From Candidatus Poribacteria bacterium (GTDB lineage: Bacteria; Poribacteria; WGA-4E; PCPOR2b): a stretch of DNA of 64,000 nucleotides. Where the stretch lies: NCBI GenBank assembly GCA_963665285.1, contig OY762266.1:2337527-2401526 (forward strand), read 5' to 3'. Below, piece by piece: positions 10,317 to 20,040 of the stretch. Both the position numbers and the translations under genes were made by a program. Every line of letters begins with the position of its first letter. Within the stretch, counting starts at the first letter, position 1. Below the pieces are notes generated by a model, which did not search any database, was not told the DNA's origin, and worked only from the letters and a program-made list of their open reading frames with translations.

Positions 10317-10344
10317 GTAGGGAAAAACGGTCGTTGTTCCCTGC
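10317..10344. repeat. REP-like hairpin, GTAGGGAA...TTCCCT family (copy 1)
   Basis: GTAGGGAAAAACGGTCGTTGTTCCCTGC. Near-identical to 33165-33192 and related to 11338-11365 and 62643-62670. Confidence 0.45.
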
Positions 10345-10491
10345 TTCTAAACGGGATTTACATCCACTCATCCTAAATAGCGCGAATCCAGAATAGACAT
10401 CTTTAATTTAGCACACCATCCCCGAATAAGTCAACCTGCACAATATCTGCCGCAAGTTCTCAGTTTTTCACTGGATCAACTGGTCAAGAAC

Positions 10492-10500
10492 TGATATAAT
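10492..10500 (+). promoter_or_regulatory. extended -10 promoter candidate (TGaTATAAT) for the TauE/SafE gene
   Basis: Perfect TATAAT with upstream TG, about 65 nt before the ATG at 10566. No good -35. Confidence 0.3.
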
Positions 10501-10565
10501 CGTGGTTATAGTCTTTCGATCCAACCTCTTTCAATTCAACCAACGAGGAGTTGCAAAAACAATAT

Positions 10566-11324
10566 ATGGAAAATCTTTGGGAAATCCCGTTAATTCTCGT
10601 TACCGGTGTCTTCGCCGGCTTCCTGAACACCGTTGCCGGCGGCGGTTCATTACTCGCCCTACCTGTTCTGATTTTTCTCGGTTTATCCCCGGCGACAGCA
10701 GCAAACGGCACCAACAGAGTCGCGGTGTTCGTGCAGAATGCCAGCGCAATTTTGGGATTCCGTCGCAAAGGCGTTTCTGATTTCGGCTATAGTGTGCTCC
10801 TTACCCTGCCCGCGCTTGTTGGGGCATGGTTCGGTGCACGGATTGCTGTTGAAACGGATGATGTTATCTTCAACCGCGTTCTCGCTGGCATCATGGTCGC
10901 GGTGCTGATTGTGACCCTTTTTAACCCAACTAAGAGATGGGAAAGTGAAACTGCAAATCTCAGCGTATCCCGTAAAATTATCGGAATGATTGTCTTCTTT
11001 TTCGTGGGTGTTTACGGTGGATTTATTCAGGCAGGAGTGGGGTTCATTATCATTGCATCCCTGACGCTGACAAACGGCTTCGATCTGGTTCGCACCAATG
11101 CAATCAAGGTGTTCGTAATATTCTTTTACACCATCATTGCATTAATTGCTTTCTATAAACACGTTGATTTGCGCCTTGGATTAACCCTTGCTGTCGGAAA
11201 TGCCACGGGTGCCTGGATCGGCAGTCATTGGGCGGTCGAGAAAGGGGATAAATGGATTCGGGTCGTTCTTATTGTCGCGGTAGTTGGGTTTGCAATCGAG
11301 CTTGTTCGGAGGACGTTCGCATAG
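10566..11324 (+). CDS. TauE/SafE (TSUP) family sulfite/anion exporter membrane protein
   Basis: Two repeated 4-TM halves with the GxGGG signature (VAGGGSLLALPVLIF ... GVGFIIIASLTL). ATG at 10566 preceded by GAGGAG. Confidence 0.8.
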   Translation: MENLWEIPLILVTGVFAGFLNTVAGGGSLLALPVLIFLGLSPATAANGTNRVAVFVQNASAILGFRRKGVSDFGYSVLLTLPALVGAWFGARIAVETDDVIFNRVLAGIMVAVLIVTLFNPTKRWESETANLSVSRKIIGMIVFFFVGVYGGFIQAGVGFIIIASLTLTNGFDLVRTNAIKVFVIFFYTIIALIAFYKHVDLRLGLTLAVGNATGAWIGSHWAVEKGDKWIRVVLIVAVVGFAIELVRRTFA

Positions 11325-11337
11325 GGTAACATGCCCG

Positions 11338-11365
11338 GTAGGGAATGTAGATCTGCGTTCCTTAC
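11338..11365. repeat. REP-like hairpin, GTAGGGAA...TTCC(T/C)TAC family (copy 2)
   Basis: GTAGGGAATGTAGATCTGCGTTCCTTAC. Same loop type as 62643-62670 (GTAAGGAACGTAGACCTGCGTTCCCTAC). Confidence 0.45.
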
Positions 11366-11404
11366 CATAAGTCGCGAACGAACCAAACGTACCGGCACCT
11401 GCGT

Positions 11405-14400
11405 CTACATACCTCCACTCTCTCCGTCAATCTGCGTCAACAATTGCTCAACAGCAACATCAAGTTGACTGTCTATCCCTTGTGCAGCTTCACCAAGCGG
11501 GCGATCAACTTGAACATCGACCGGACGGGCGGTGCCTTCCGTATTCTCACCCTCCAAAGTTGTGACCCTTAACCGGGGTAAACGGAAAACTGTGCCATCA
11601 AGTAAACTCCAACCCCAAGTCCAGATGACCGCACCGGCTGTGGGCATACCTACCACTTTGCCAAGCCCCAATTTTCGGAATCCCTCGCTGAACATCTCTG
11701 CATTGCTCCCTGAATGTTCATTAGTAATAAGGATAACAGGTTGTTCCAAGATGCGATTGCCTGCGAGATTGGTGTCTGTTGTACTGACTAAACCACGATA
11801 ATTCGATTGGGTATAGGCTCTCCGGTGCAAAACATCGAGGATGAAAGGGGCGATATGTCCACCGGGGTTAAATCGGACATCGATCACAACCCCCTCTCTG
11901 CCGTGGGTTTCAGTATCAAGATCGGCGATGAACCGGAGATAGGCTTCGTAAGACATCTCGCGGATGTGAACATATCCAAGCCGTCGATTGCTCTTTTCGT
12001 GGACGTATGCCTCATTCCAACGCACCCATTCCTTGTAGCGGAGGTTTCGGTGCTGATTGTCTTCAATAGGCTGGACGGCGAGTTCGCGGGCACCCTCAAG
12101 CTGAGGCGTATCGTTGAGTTTCACGGTTACCCGTTTCCCCTGTTTTCGCTGGAGTTGTTCAGGTAGGTTGATCTGTCCGTTGAGGACGACCTCATCGACG
12201 GCAACCAGATACTCCCCAACTTGTGCGGGTTCTGCTATAAGCGTTAACGGAGATTCGGGGATAAGTCTGGAAATCTTGAAGTGCCCATCCCTTTCCAATG
12301 TCTCTCGATCGAAATCCGCACCGAGAAAGCTATCCGGTGCGCTGTCGGTCCGGCCACCGGCACCGAGATGGGAAGCGTTCAATTCCCCAACCATGAGATT
12401 CAAAAGTTCGCGGAATTCCGTCTGCGTTTGCACTCCCTCTACCATCGGACGAAACATCCGGTGTACCTGTTCCCAATCACAACCGTGGAATTGTGGATCG
12501 TAAAATCCATCCCGAATTAACCGCCACGCTTCGTCAAAGGCTTGCATCTTTTCGAGATGAAAGTTGACTTCAATTTCTGCTCTAGTATCTAGTGCTTTCG
12601 CCTCCCCCTCCTTCGCGCCATCTTCGCCCATCCCCACAAAATGGATCCGTCCGCCATCGGTGTAGTAGAATCTTTTGCCATTAGGTATGAAATGCACGTT
12701 ACCTTTTCCGCTGGCGGTCCCTGTCAATTGCTTGGGAAGTTCACCGCGCTTATCCTCCTCAAGTGACAGGCTCCACAGGTTCAGCTGCCCTGTCATAGCA
12801 GCGCGGAAGATGAGCGTTTTGCTGTTGGGACGAATACTTTCAGCGGCAGCATTAAGCTTGAAGTCAGTGAGGAAACGGAGGCGGTGTTTAATCCCTTCAA
12901 ACTCTATTTCAACCGGCTCAATCTTCTTTTCGGGCTTCTTATCCTTTCCGTTTTTGCTTTCGGCATCCCCTTCTTTCTCTGATTCGTCCGATCCCGCGGT
13001 CACCGGATCGGCTTCCTCCGTCTCGCCGGACTCGGCTTCAGACGGCTGCGGCTTGTCCCGCTTTTCCTCCCGAAATAGCCGATCAAAATCTTCTTCCTTG
13101 AAAACCGGTCGAATCGGCTTTAGATCTACCCGCGCAATTTGTGATTCAGAGCGGTACTGTCCCGTGTTAAATATGATAAAATTTCCATCGGGAGACCATA
13201 GGATGCTATCTGTGCCAATGTTGCTCAAAAAGGTTAATTGTTTGGGAACATCCGCTTCGCGATGCTGTACATAGAGGTTGTTGAAGAAGTTGGTATCCGT
13301 TGCGATAAAGGCTATCCATTGGCTATCCGGCGACCACTCGAACTCTGTTGGCTCGGGTACACCTATAAAAGCCTGACCGGTAATGAAAGACCGCTTTTCC
13401 TCCGTTTCGGTATCCATCAGCCAGATTTCACCTTCAGCCTCCGCTGCATCGGGATTCAAAGGAACTTGAATATAAGCAAGCCACTTCCCATCGGGTGAGA
13501 ACTTTGGCGCGTATTTCTGCTCCGGTGAATCTGTCAGTTGGGTTTCCACCCGCTCTTTGAAGCAATATTGAAAGACCTCGTTGTGCCCCGTCCGATCCGA
13601 GATGTACACGACGCGATCACTTTCAGGGTGCCACTGCAACTGACTCTCGCGGAAAGGGGTGTCTGTAACCTTGAACGAATCCCCTCCCTTTTTGACCTTA
13701 TCCCCCTTGTCTGCCAAATCCGCAAAGACCTCGCCATGAACAATGAAGGCGATCTTCTTACCGTCAGGGGAGAGTTCAAACTCGTTGATGCCGGAAGCGT
13801 AACTATGATGCCGGATTGGGGTCGATTTTTCATCCGTCTGAAGAGTAATATCCACCGGCTCAGAGGCGCGATTTTCAAGGTTCAGACACCAAATCTGAAA
13901 ATCGCGTTCAAAGGTAATCCATTTCCCATCAGCAGAAATAGAGGGACGCACCACTCGTCCGTCGGTGAAGTGAGTAAACGGTTCGGTCTCCTCATCACCG
14001 TCCAGCGTCATATACCATATATTTTCCTCACCATCACGATCGCTCAGGTAGTAAAGCCCAGTACCATCAGCGTTCCACATCGGTCTTAGGTTTTTGCCGA
14101 GGTATTGTGTCAATCGACGGTGGTCGTCCGCTCCAACTGCTTCACTGACTATCCAGATGTCGGAATGCCCGGAGGGATGCTGCCCACGTCGCCACCATGG
14201 AGATCCATTGTTGTTAAAAGCTAACGTTTTCCCATCGGGCGAGATTGCTAGATTGTAGTGCATTTCCCGCGGATCACCGGCAACTTGGATTGGTGTACCT
14301 CCATTGACATGAATCTTATAACTCGCGCTTTGAAGTCCATCATAATCGGAGGTAAAGTAAAGCCACTGCCCATCCGGGGACCAGCAGGCTGGTGGCACAG

Positions 14401-14698
14401 ATTCGTCGTGATAGGTCAAACGTTTCGGTGGATAGTTTGATCGGAGGGAGATAGTGTAGATATTTCCACCACCTGTACGCTGAGATGCAAACGCCAATTG
14501 CGTTCCGTCGGGAGAGAAGATTGGATCTGAATCGTTGCTTGCGTGAGACGTTATGCGGCTTGCTTCTCCGCCGCCTGCGGGTACAATCCAAACATCCCCT
14601 GCGTAGCAAAAGGCAATTTTACTGCCGTCCGGCGAGAGGGAGGGCTGCCGCAAATACGGGAGATTTCCGCTTGTGCTCTTTTCATCGGATTTCATCAA
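11405..14698 (-). CDS. tricorn protease homologue (TolB-like beta-propellers + PDZ + C-terminal S41 peptidase domain)
   Basis: 1097 aa. N-terminal propeller repeats (SPDGxxIAF, WxxSPDGK). C-terminal S41 core with GGHIAPF...TNEHSGSNAEMF architecture. Size and domain order match tricorn proteases. Confidence 0.8.
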   Translation of the reverse strand: MMKSDEKSTSGNLPYLRQPSLSPDGSKIAFCYAGDVWIVPAGGGEASRITSHASNDSDPIFSPDGTQLAFASQRTGGGNIYTISLRSNYPPKRLTYHDESVPPACWSPDGQWLYFTSDYDGLQSASYKIHVNGGTPIQVAGDPREMHYNLAISPDGKTLAFNNNGSPWWRRGQHPSGHSDIWIVSEAVGADDHRRLTQYLGKNLRPMWNADGTGLYYLSDRDGEENIWYMTLDGDEETEPFTHFTDGRVVRPSISADGKWITFERDFQIWCLNLENRASEPVDITLQTDEKSTPIRHHSYASGINEFELSPDGKKIAFIVHGEVFADLADKGDKVKKGGDSFKVTDTPFRESQLQWHPESDRVVYISDRTGHNEVFQYCFKERVETQLTDSPEQKYAPKFSPDGKWLAYIQVPLNPDAAEAEGEIWLMDTETEEKRSFITGQAFIGVPEPTEFEWSPDSQWIAFIATDTNFFNNLYVQHREADVPKQLTFLSNIGTDSILWSPDGNFIIFNTGQYRSESQIARVDLKPIRPVFKEEDFDRLFREEKRDKPQPSEAESGETEEADPVTAGSDESEKEGDAESKNGKDKKPEKKIEPVEIEFEGIKHRLRFLTDFKLNAAAESIRPNSKTLIFRAAMTGQLNLWSLSLEEDKRGELPKQLTGTASGKGNVHFIPNGKRFYYTDGGRIHFVGMGEDGAKEGEAKALDTRAEIEVNFHLEKMQAFDEAWRLIRDGFYDPQFHGCDWEQVHRMFRPMVEGVQTQTEFRELLNLMVGELNASHLGAGGRTDSAPDSFLGADFDRETLERDGHFKISRLIPESPLTLIAEPAQVGEYLVAVDEVVLNGQINLPEQLQRKQGKRVTVKLNDTPQLEGARELAVQPIEDNQHRNLRYKEWVRWNEAYVHEKSNRRLGYVHIREMSYEAYLRFIADLDTETHGREGVVIDVRFNPGGHIAPFILDVLHRRAYTQSNYRGLVSTTDTNLAGNRILEQPVILITNEHSGSNAEMFSEGFRKLGLGKVVGMPTAGAVIWTWGWSLLDGTVFRLPRLRVTTLEGENTEGTARPVDVQVDRPLGEAAQGIDSQLDVAVEQLLTQIDGESGGM

Positions 14699-14853
14699 TA
14701 TGCTTTCGTCTTCTTCTGCTTGAACTTATGCCGTTTTCAGGTGACGGTGAGAAGTCAGAGCTGCGCTTTGAAGGGGACACCCCCTACCGTGCGTTTCGTG
14801 TAGGAGGGAATTCCAATTCCCGACTATTGCGTCGGTTTCTCACTTACGTTAGA

Positions 14854-15945
14854 TTAATCAAAATCCTGCTCCGTAACCAGATATTTTTTAACCGCATCGT
14901 GATTCAGAGTGTATCCCAATCCGGGGCGATCCGGCACAAGAAAACAGCCATCTTCAAAAGGAAAATCCTCATTGACTAGGGTATCCTCCCAAGCCATAGG
15001 GCCAACCATATCATACGGCTGCGTCAGGTGGGGCATGCAAGCAGCCACATGCAATCCCATAGCCGCGCCCGGTCCGTACGCCACCGTTTGTGACCAACCA
15101 CCCATCCCCAATTCATGGGCGAGACGTGACTGACTAATCGCTTCAAAGGCAGTGGAGCCACCTACAATCGCGTAATCAAGTGCTTCTGCCTGAAACCGCT
15201 GGATGAGATCTTCGCTGTTATAGACGTGATCACCCACAGGGAGGTGGATGGTCTGCCGGAGACGACGCCACTCCGAAAAGGTGCCACCCGCAGCGCGTTT
15301 AGTTATCGGGCTTTCTAGACTATCCACCCGGTGCCCCTGCAAACGGCGGGCAAGTTCTTGAGCCACCCAGACCTCCTCAAGTCGCCAGCGAATATCGGGG
15401 CGTACTGCCATATCTGGTAGAACTTTGTGGATGGCTTCGATGCGGTCAGCGACATAGCGGATGCGTTCCTCTGGTGTTGTTTCTCTGCTGGTGATGCACT
15501 TCATCTTGTAGGCGCGAAAGCCGTGCTCCCATCCCCACTGTGCATCCTCTGCTGTGTGCTGCGGTGTTTTGTAGCCGGTACATTGGGTGACAAAAACACG
15601 ATCCCGGAGTCTACCGCCAAGCAAACTCCAGATCGGAACGCCGAGTGCCTGACCGCGCAGATCGAGTATCGCCTGTTCAAAAGCACCCACCATCGGCATT
15701 GTCGGGACAGTGAAATTAATCTCTAGCACATCCTGCCCCAGCCAGCCATTTAGCGTTGCCTCCATAGTTTCCAGCGGCGTATCACGCCCTACTTGGGTGA
15801 GCCCTGTTAGGCCTTCACTGGTTTCGACTTCCGCGATACCGTGTTCCGATCGTTGGTGTGTTGGCTGACCATAAAAGTCGTCAGACCACCACCACTTTCG
15901 TTCAGGTACGTTGACAATATAGAGTTTGATATGGGTGATTTTCAT
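14854..15945 (-). CDS. enolase-superfamily enzyme (mandelate racemase/muconate-lactonizing family, probable sugar-acid dehydratase)
   Basis: MKITHIKLYIV N-terminal capping domain plus TIM-barrel region with the metal-ligand pattern of MR/MLE family members. RBS ACGGAGG. Confidence 0.75.
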   Translation of the reverse strand: MKITHIKLYIVNVPERKWWWSDDFYGQPTHQRSEHGIAEVETSEGLTGLTQVGRDTPLETMEATLNGWLGQDVLEINFTVPTMPMVGAFEQAILDLRGQALGVPIWSLLGGRLRDRVFVTQCTGYKTPQHTAEDAQWGWEHGFRAYKMKCITSRETTPEERIRYVADRIEAIHKVLPDMAVRPDIRWRLEEVWVAQELARRLQGHRVDSLESPITKRAAGGTFSEWRRLRQTIHLPVGDHVYNSEDLIQRFQAEALDYAIVGGSTAFEAISQSRLAHELGMGGWSQTVAYGPGAAMGLHVAACMPHLTQPYDMVGPMAWEDTLVNEDFPFEDGCFLVPDRPGLGYTLNHDAVKKYLVTEQDFD

Positions 15946-15976
15946 AACCGGCGGTGTCCTCCGTTATTTGACTGCT

Positions 15977-17271
15977 CCCAATGTTGAAACATTGGGATTC
16001 TTAATAGACTGATTGGTAGACATTAGCATCTCCATGCTATTTTCTTGTTTCGACGAGACAAGCCACGTATTGCTGGTGTGGTCTTACTATCTCTCCACCC
16101 TGATAAATCGGGATCCTTTCGGACAAGCGTTTTACGTCTCCGTGTGTCCCCCGGCGACGTTTCTGAGGTTTATCGCAGCGTTAAGGTCTCTGTCTTGTGT
16201 ATGCCCACAATCGCTGCAATGGTAAGTCCTATCCGATAGTGACAGGTCTTTGTCTTTTGCCCCACAAGCCGAGCAAGTCTTACTGGACGGGTAGAAATTT
16301 TAACGCCTATCCGTTCTGCTTTGTAGGCAAGCATAGTGAGAAAACTGGATAGGGAAGTGTCCGATAATACCTTTGCAAGCCTGTGGTTTTTTAACATACC
16401 TGCAACATTCAGTGACTCAATTCCAATACGACTCGCACCATGGACGATAGCCGTTGTTGCTTGGTGTTGAGCGTCCTGTCGAATGCAGGTGATACGGTAG
16501 TGTAGTTTGGCAAGTTTCGCTTTCGTCTTATGCCAATTCCGACTCCCTTTTTTCCGACGGCTTAACTGACGTTGCAGCCGTTTTAGCTTGCGCTCGTAAC
16601 GCTTTAAGGCTTTGGGGTTTTCGTGATATATACCTTCGGACGTGACAGCTAAGTGCTTGATACCTACGTCAACACCAACAACAGGCAGATGTCGATTGTC
16701 AGCAATAGTATCGTTATCGAAAGTATCAACAGTGATAGAAGCAAACCAACGGTGCACCGTTTTACAAATAACAACCTTAACGATAGTGCCGAGGTGTCGA
16801 AGTTTTTGGAACATGCGAACCCAACCCATCTTGGGTAGTTTTATACGCTGTCCTTCGACGATAGTTGTGCCTCGACCCGCATCCGCTTGGAAACTTTGAC
16901 CCCGTGAACGCTTCTTGAACTTTGGAAAACGACTCTGACCTGACTGCCAACGTTTGACTGCACGCTGAAAGTTGAAGTAAATCGCATTATGAGCAGCGCG
17001 CTGATTGAGTGCTTTACACCAATCGTATTGCTCATGTTTGGTAGCGTTGAATCGCTTGTTTAATTCTATATGTGAACGCCATTGTCCTTCGTCCAAGCTA
17101 GCCTTAAAATCAGCAAGGACATGGTTATACGCAACACGAGCATAGCCACAGTGTTGAGCGAATTGTGTCGATTGAATGTTGTTGGGATCTAAAGCGATTT
17201 TGTGAGTTTTTAACATTGGAAGTGGCTTTAGAAAAAAGGTTCGCTGTCTGACCCAACGCTAAAGCATTGGG
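15977..17271 (-). mobile_element. IS200/IS605-family tnpB-only element (IS1341-type), approximate bounds set by subterminal hairpins
   Basis: Hairpins CCCAATG-TTGAAA-CATTGGG (15977-15996) and CCCAACGC-TAAA-GCATTGGG (17252-17271) flank the tnpB ORF. Both are followed by the shared CATTGGGATT. No tnpA present. Confidence 0.5.
16132..17216 (-). pseudogene. tnpB: TnpB (IS605 OrfB, RuvC-like RNA-guided nuclease family), frameshifted near the C-terminus
   Basis: RuvC-I (VGVDVGIKHLAV) and RuvC-II (IGIESLN) are in the annotated frame. The zinc finger and RuvC-III (NFYPSSKTCSACG...YHCSDCGHTQDRDLNAAINL) are encoded intact in another frame and end at the TAA at 16132-16134. The switch maps to the A4/T4 run at about 16296-16308. 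Confidence 0.75.
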
Positions 17272-17310
17272 ATTGTTTCCAGAATTTTCAAAAACTGATT
17301 GTCAGCCCTT

Positions 17311-17859
17311 TTATCGGCTGATCGGTTCCAAGCCGTGCTCCCAATCGCAGTCAAGGCAAAAACTTATCTCCTGTGCGAGGTGCTGGATCTTGCCGTCACA
17401 GATAGGACAGGTTGTGATTTCCGAGACAACAGACGGTACAGGAGACGCTTCACCTTCATCTCGTTTACCGATTCGGAGATGTGTACATTCGTAAATGTGC
17501 CCGTTGCATTCGGAGCAACGGTAGAAGAAATTGGAGTGCAATCCGGTAATGTCCGGCGGAATGATGCAATCTAACTCGTAGATAACCGTATTATCACGGA
17601 TAAGTCGGGCTTTCCCTGAATCTTCAATAGCGATTGCGTCCACCTCGTCAAGATTGGGTTCTAGCTGTACAACCAACCCATCAATCCGATAAGCGGCAAC
17701 AGCCCACGGCAGCTCTGTTACCCCGAAGATGATGCTGGTCCGCTGCGGCGCAAGTCTCTCAAAAATATGGTTACCGGCGAGTATCTTCACCGGAGCAAAA
17801 TCGTCCTGAAAAGTAAAATAGGGATTCGCCTGATTCAGGTCGTTCATAATTGACACCAC
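17311..17859 (-). CDS. hypothetical protein with C-terminal Cys-rich zinc-ribbon (CxxC...CxxC...CxxC)
   Basis: CSECNGH...CTH...CPICDG...CLDCDWEH cluster. Start ambiguous between 17859 and 17844. Confidence 0.45.
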   Translation of the reverse strand: MVSIMNDLNQANPYFTFQDDFAPVKILAGNHIFERLAPQRTSIIFGVTELPWAVAAYRIDGLVVQLEPNLDEVDAIAIEDSGKARLIRDNTVIYELDCIIPPDITGLHSNFFYRCSECNGHIYECTHLRIGKRDEGEASPVPSVVSEITTCPICDGKIQHLAQEISFCLDCDWEHGLEPISR

Positions 17860-17974
17860 TCAATCCCTGAGGTTGAATTGACAGATTCACTCAAATTATG
17901 GAAAATATGCAGCTTAACTGACCACTCTCCCTCAATTGCCCTTTACACTTTTCAATTCAGAGGGATATATCGGC

Positions 17975-18730
17975 TTACGCATCAACGACAGCGTTTTTCA
18001 GGACGCCAATCCCTTCAAGCTCTACCTCTACCACATCCCCAGTTCTTAGAGCTGACGTTGTTCCGGGAGTTCCGGTGAAGATAACATCTCCCGGTTCAAG
18101 CGTCATTGCCTGCGAAACAAAACTGACAACTGCCTCCACGGGGAAAATCAGATCGGCGGTAGTCTGAGACTGGACAACCTCGCCGTTGATTCGTGTCTCC
18201 AATTGGAGCGCGTTATAGTTGAGATCGGTCACAATGGCGGGACCGATGGGACCAAATGTATCGGAGGCTTTTGCACGCCACCACTGCATGTCGTTGCTTT
18301 GCCATGTTCTCGCACTTACGTCGTTACCGCAGGTAACACCCAAGATATTTGCGGCGGCTTCTTCGGGAGTCGCCCCTTTCGTGCGATTCTTGATTACGAC
18401 GACCAATTCACCCTCTGCGTGAACGTCATCGTCGCCATCAGGTAGCACAATGTTTCCCTCTGGATCGTTTAGGCAAGTAGGCGTCTTGATAAAGATCTCC
18501 GGATTCGCTGGCTCCGGCGCACCGCCGAGATGGCTTCTATAGTTCAGCCCAACCGCCAGAACTTTTCCCGGCGTGACCGGTGCAAGCAGTTCTACATCCC
18601 CCAATGCGACCGTATTTCCGGTTTCACTATATCCGGCGATTGGATCGCCATCTATTTCGTTAATAGTGTCGTCCGAAAGCATCCCGTAACTGACATTTCC
18701 ATTAGATTGGTATCGAACAAATCTCATCAA
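17975..18730 (-). CDS. fumarylacetoacetate hydrolase (FAH) family protein (HpcE/YcgM-like hydratase/decarboxylase)
   Basis: FAH-fold signatures including GTPxG and EGE metal-ligand regions (ELVVVIK, FTGTPGT). Confidence 0.8.
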   Translation of the reverse strand: MMRFVRYQSNGNVSYGMLSDDTINEIDGDPIAGYSETGNTVALGDVELLAPVTPGKVLAVGLNYRSHLGGAPEPANPEIFIKTPTCLNDPEGNIVLPDGDDDVHAEGELVVVIKNRTKGATPEEAAANILGVTCGNDVSARTWQSNDMQWWRAKASDTFGPIGPAIVTDLNYNALQLETRINGEVVQSQTTADLIFPVEAVVSFVSQAMTLEPGDVIFTGTPGTTSALRTGDVVEVELEGIGVLKNAVVDA

Positions 18731-18971
18731 AATCCCCCAGTATTTTCCCCATAAATGGTAACAAATTTTTGAGTTAGTAAGGATAAATTTCCTTGTAAAC
18801 AGCGAACAATTTATCTTAATTCGGTGATATTGTCAAGGGATAATTGATAGGTAACCATGATAAAATGTTGCTAAAATTAAGTAAAGTGTGCTAAAGTTAG
18901 GCGCAGCAATTCTAAGACTTACTATGCACCTTAAACGCTTTAAATTTTATCTGATTCATAAAGGAGAACTC

Positions 18972-20009
18972 ATGCCCTACGAACAATTGCTTCCTACGAC
19001 GGTAATCGGTTCCCATGCGATGCCGGGTTGGTTTTGGACAGCGATGGAGGCAGAAAAACGCGGCGAGTACGGACCGACCGACATAAAAGAGGTTTATGAT
19101 GACGCTGTCAGGCTAGCAATCTTGGACCAGAAGGAGGCGGGCCTTGATACCATCACGGACGGCGAAATGCGCCGTTGGTATTTTGTGCAAAATTTCTACG
19201 GACGGATGGAGGGATTAATTGAACGACCAGTTCTCCGCCAAACCGGATTGTATGCCTACGATAGCGTACCGCGGTACGATATCGTAGATCAGGTGAGTAT
19301 CCCGCAAGGTTTGGGTATTGTGGAGGAATTCCAGTTCCTGAAAGCAAACGTTGGTGAAGGGCAGCGGATCAAGGCGTGTTGTCCAGGTCCTCTGACGCTG
19401 ACCATGCACATCCGAATCCGGGAAGGCGATCGGTACAAGGATCGCGTCGAACTTGGATGGGAATTTGCTGAAGTCATCAACCGAGAATTGAAAGCTCTTG
19501 AGGCGGAAGGGTGTACCGAAATCCAACTTGACGAGCCGAGTTTCGGCATCATCCCCGGCAAACTCGAAGATTGGGTGGCACTGCTCAATCACGCCCTTGA
19601 TGGGGTCTCAGTGCGAAAGAATCTGCACATCTGCTTCGGCAATTTGGGATCACGCCCCCGCGGCAAACGTCGGTACGACTGGATGTTCCCCGCATTGCTG
19701 GATATGAACGTCGACTGTCTGTCGATGGAGTTTGCCAACCGCGAAATGATCGAGCACGACATCTACAGCCGATTCGAGGGGAAGTTTGACTTTATAGCAG
19801 GTGTCGTGGACATCAAGAGTTTTTGGCAGGAACCGCCTGAAGAGATCGCTGACCGCATCCGCCAAATTTTACAGCACTGTCCCCCTGAACGATTGAGCAT
19901 TTCGCCTGACTGTGGTTTCTTTCAACTCCCACGCTGGCTGTGCTGTTTGAAGCTGCAAAATCTTGTCGCCGGGACCCGTATCGTCCGCACTGAATTAGAG
20001 GGCAAATAG
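18972..20009 (+). CDS. cobalamin-independent methionine synthase (MetE) C-terminal domain-like / UROD-like methyltransferase
   Basis: VIGSHAMPGWFW N-terminus, the homocysteine-binding D-E pair region, and the Zn-ligand ISPDCGF motif. ATG at 18972 preceded by AAAGGAGAA. Confidence 0.7.
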   Translation: MPYEQLLPTTVIGSHAMPGWFWTAMEAEKRGEYGPTDIKEVYDDAVRLAILDQKEAGLDTITDGEMRRWYFVQNFYGRMEGLIERPVLRQTGLYAYDSVPRYDIVDQVSIPQGLGIVEEFQFLKANVGEGQRIKACCPGPLTLTMHIRIREGDRYKDRVELGWEFAEVINRELKALEAEGCTEIQLDEPSFGIIPGKLEDWVALLNHALDGVSVRKNLHICFGNLGSRPRGKRRYDWMFPALLDMNVDCLSMEFANREMIEHDIYSRFEGKFDFIAGVVDIKSFWQEPPEEIADRIRQILQHCPPERLSISPDCGFFQLPRWLCCLKLQNLVAGTRIVRTELEGK

Positions 20010-20040
20010 CAACCAAAGAAAACCGTTGGGAAAAAGGATT

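Noticed and set aside
11532-14089. Multiple plus-strand ORFs inside the tricorn-protease gene
   Set aside because: All lie antisense within a well-supported 1097-aa CDS. They have no recognisable domains or start contexts.
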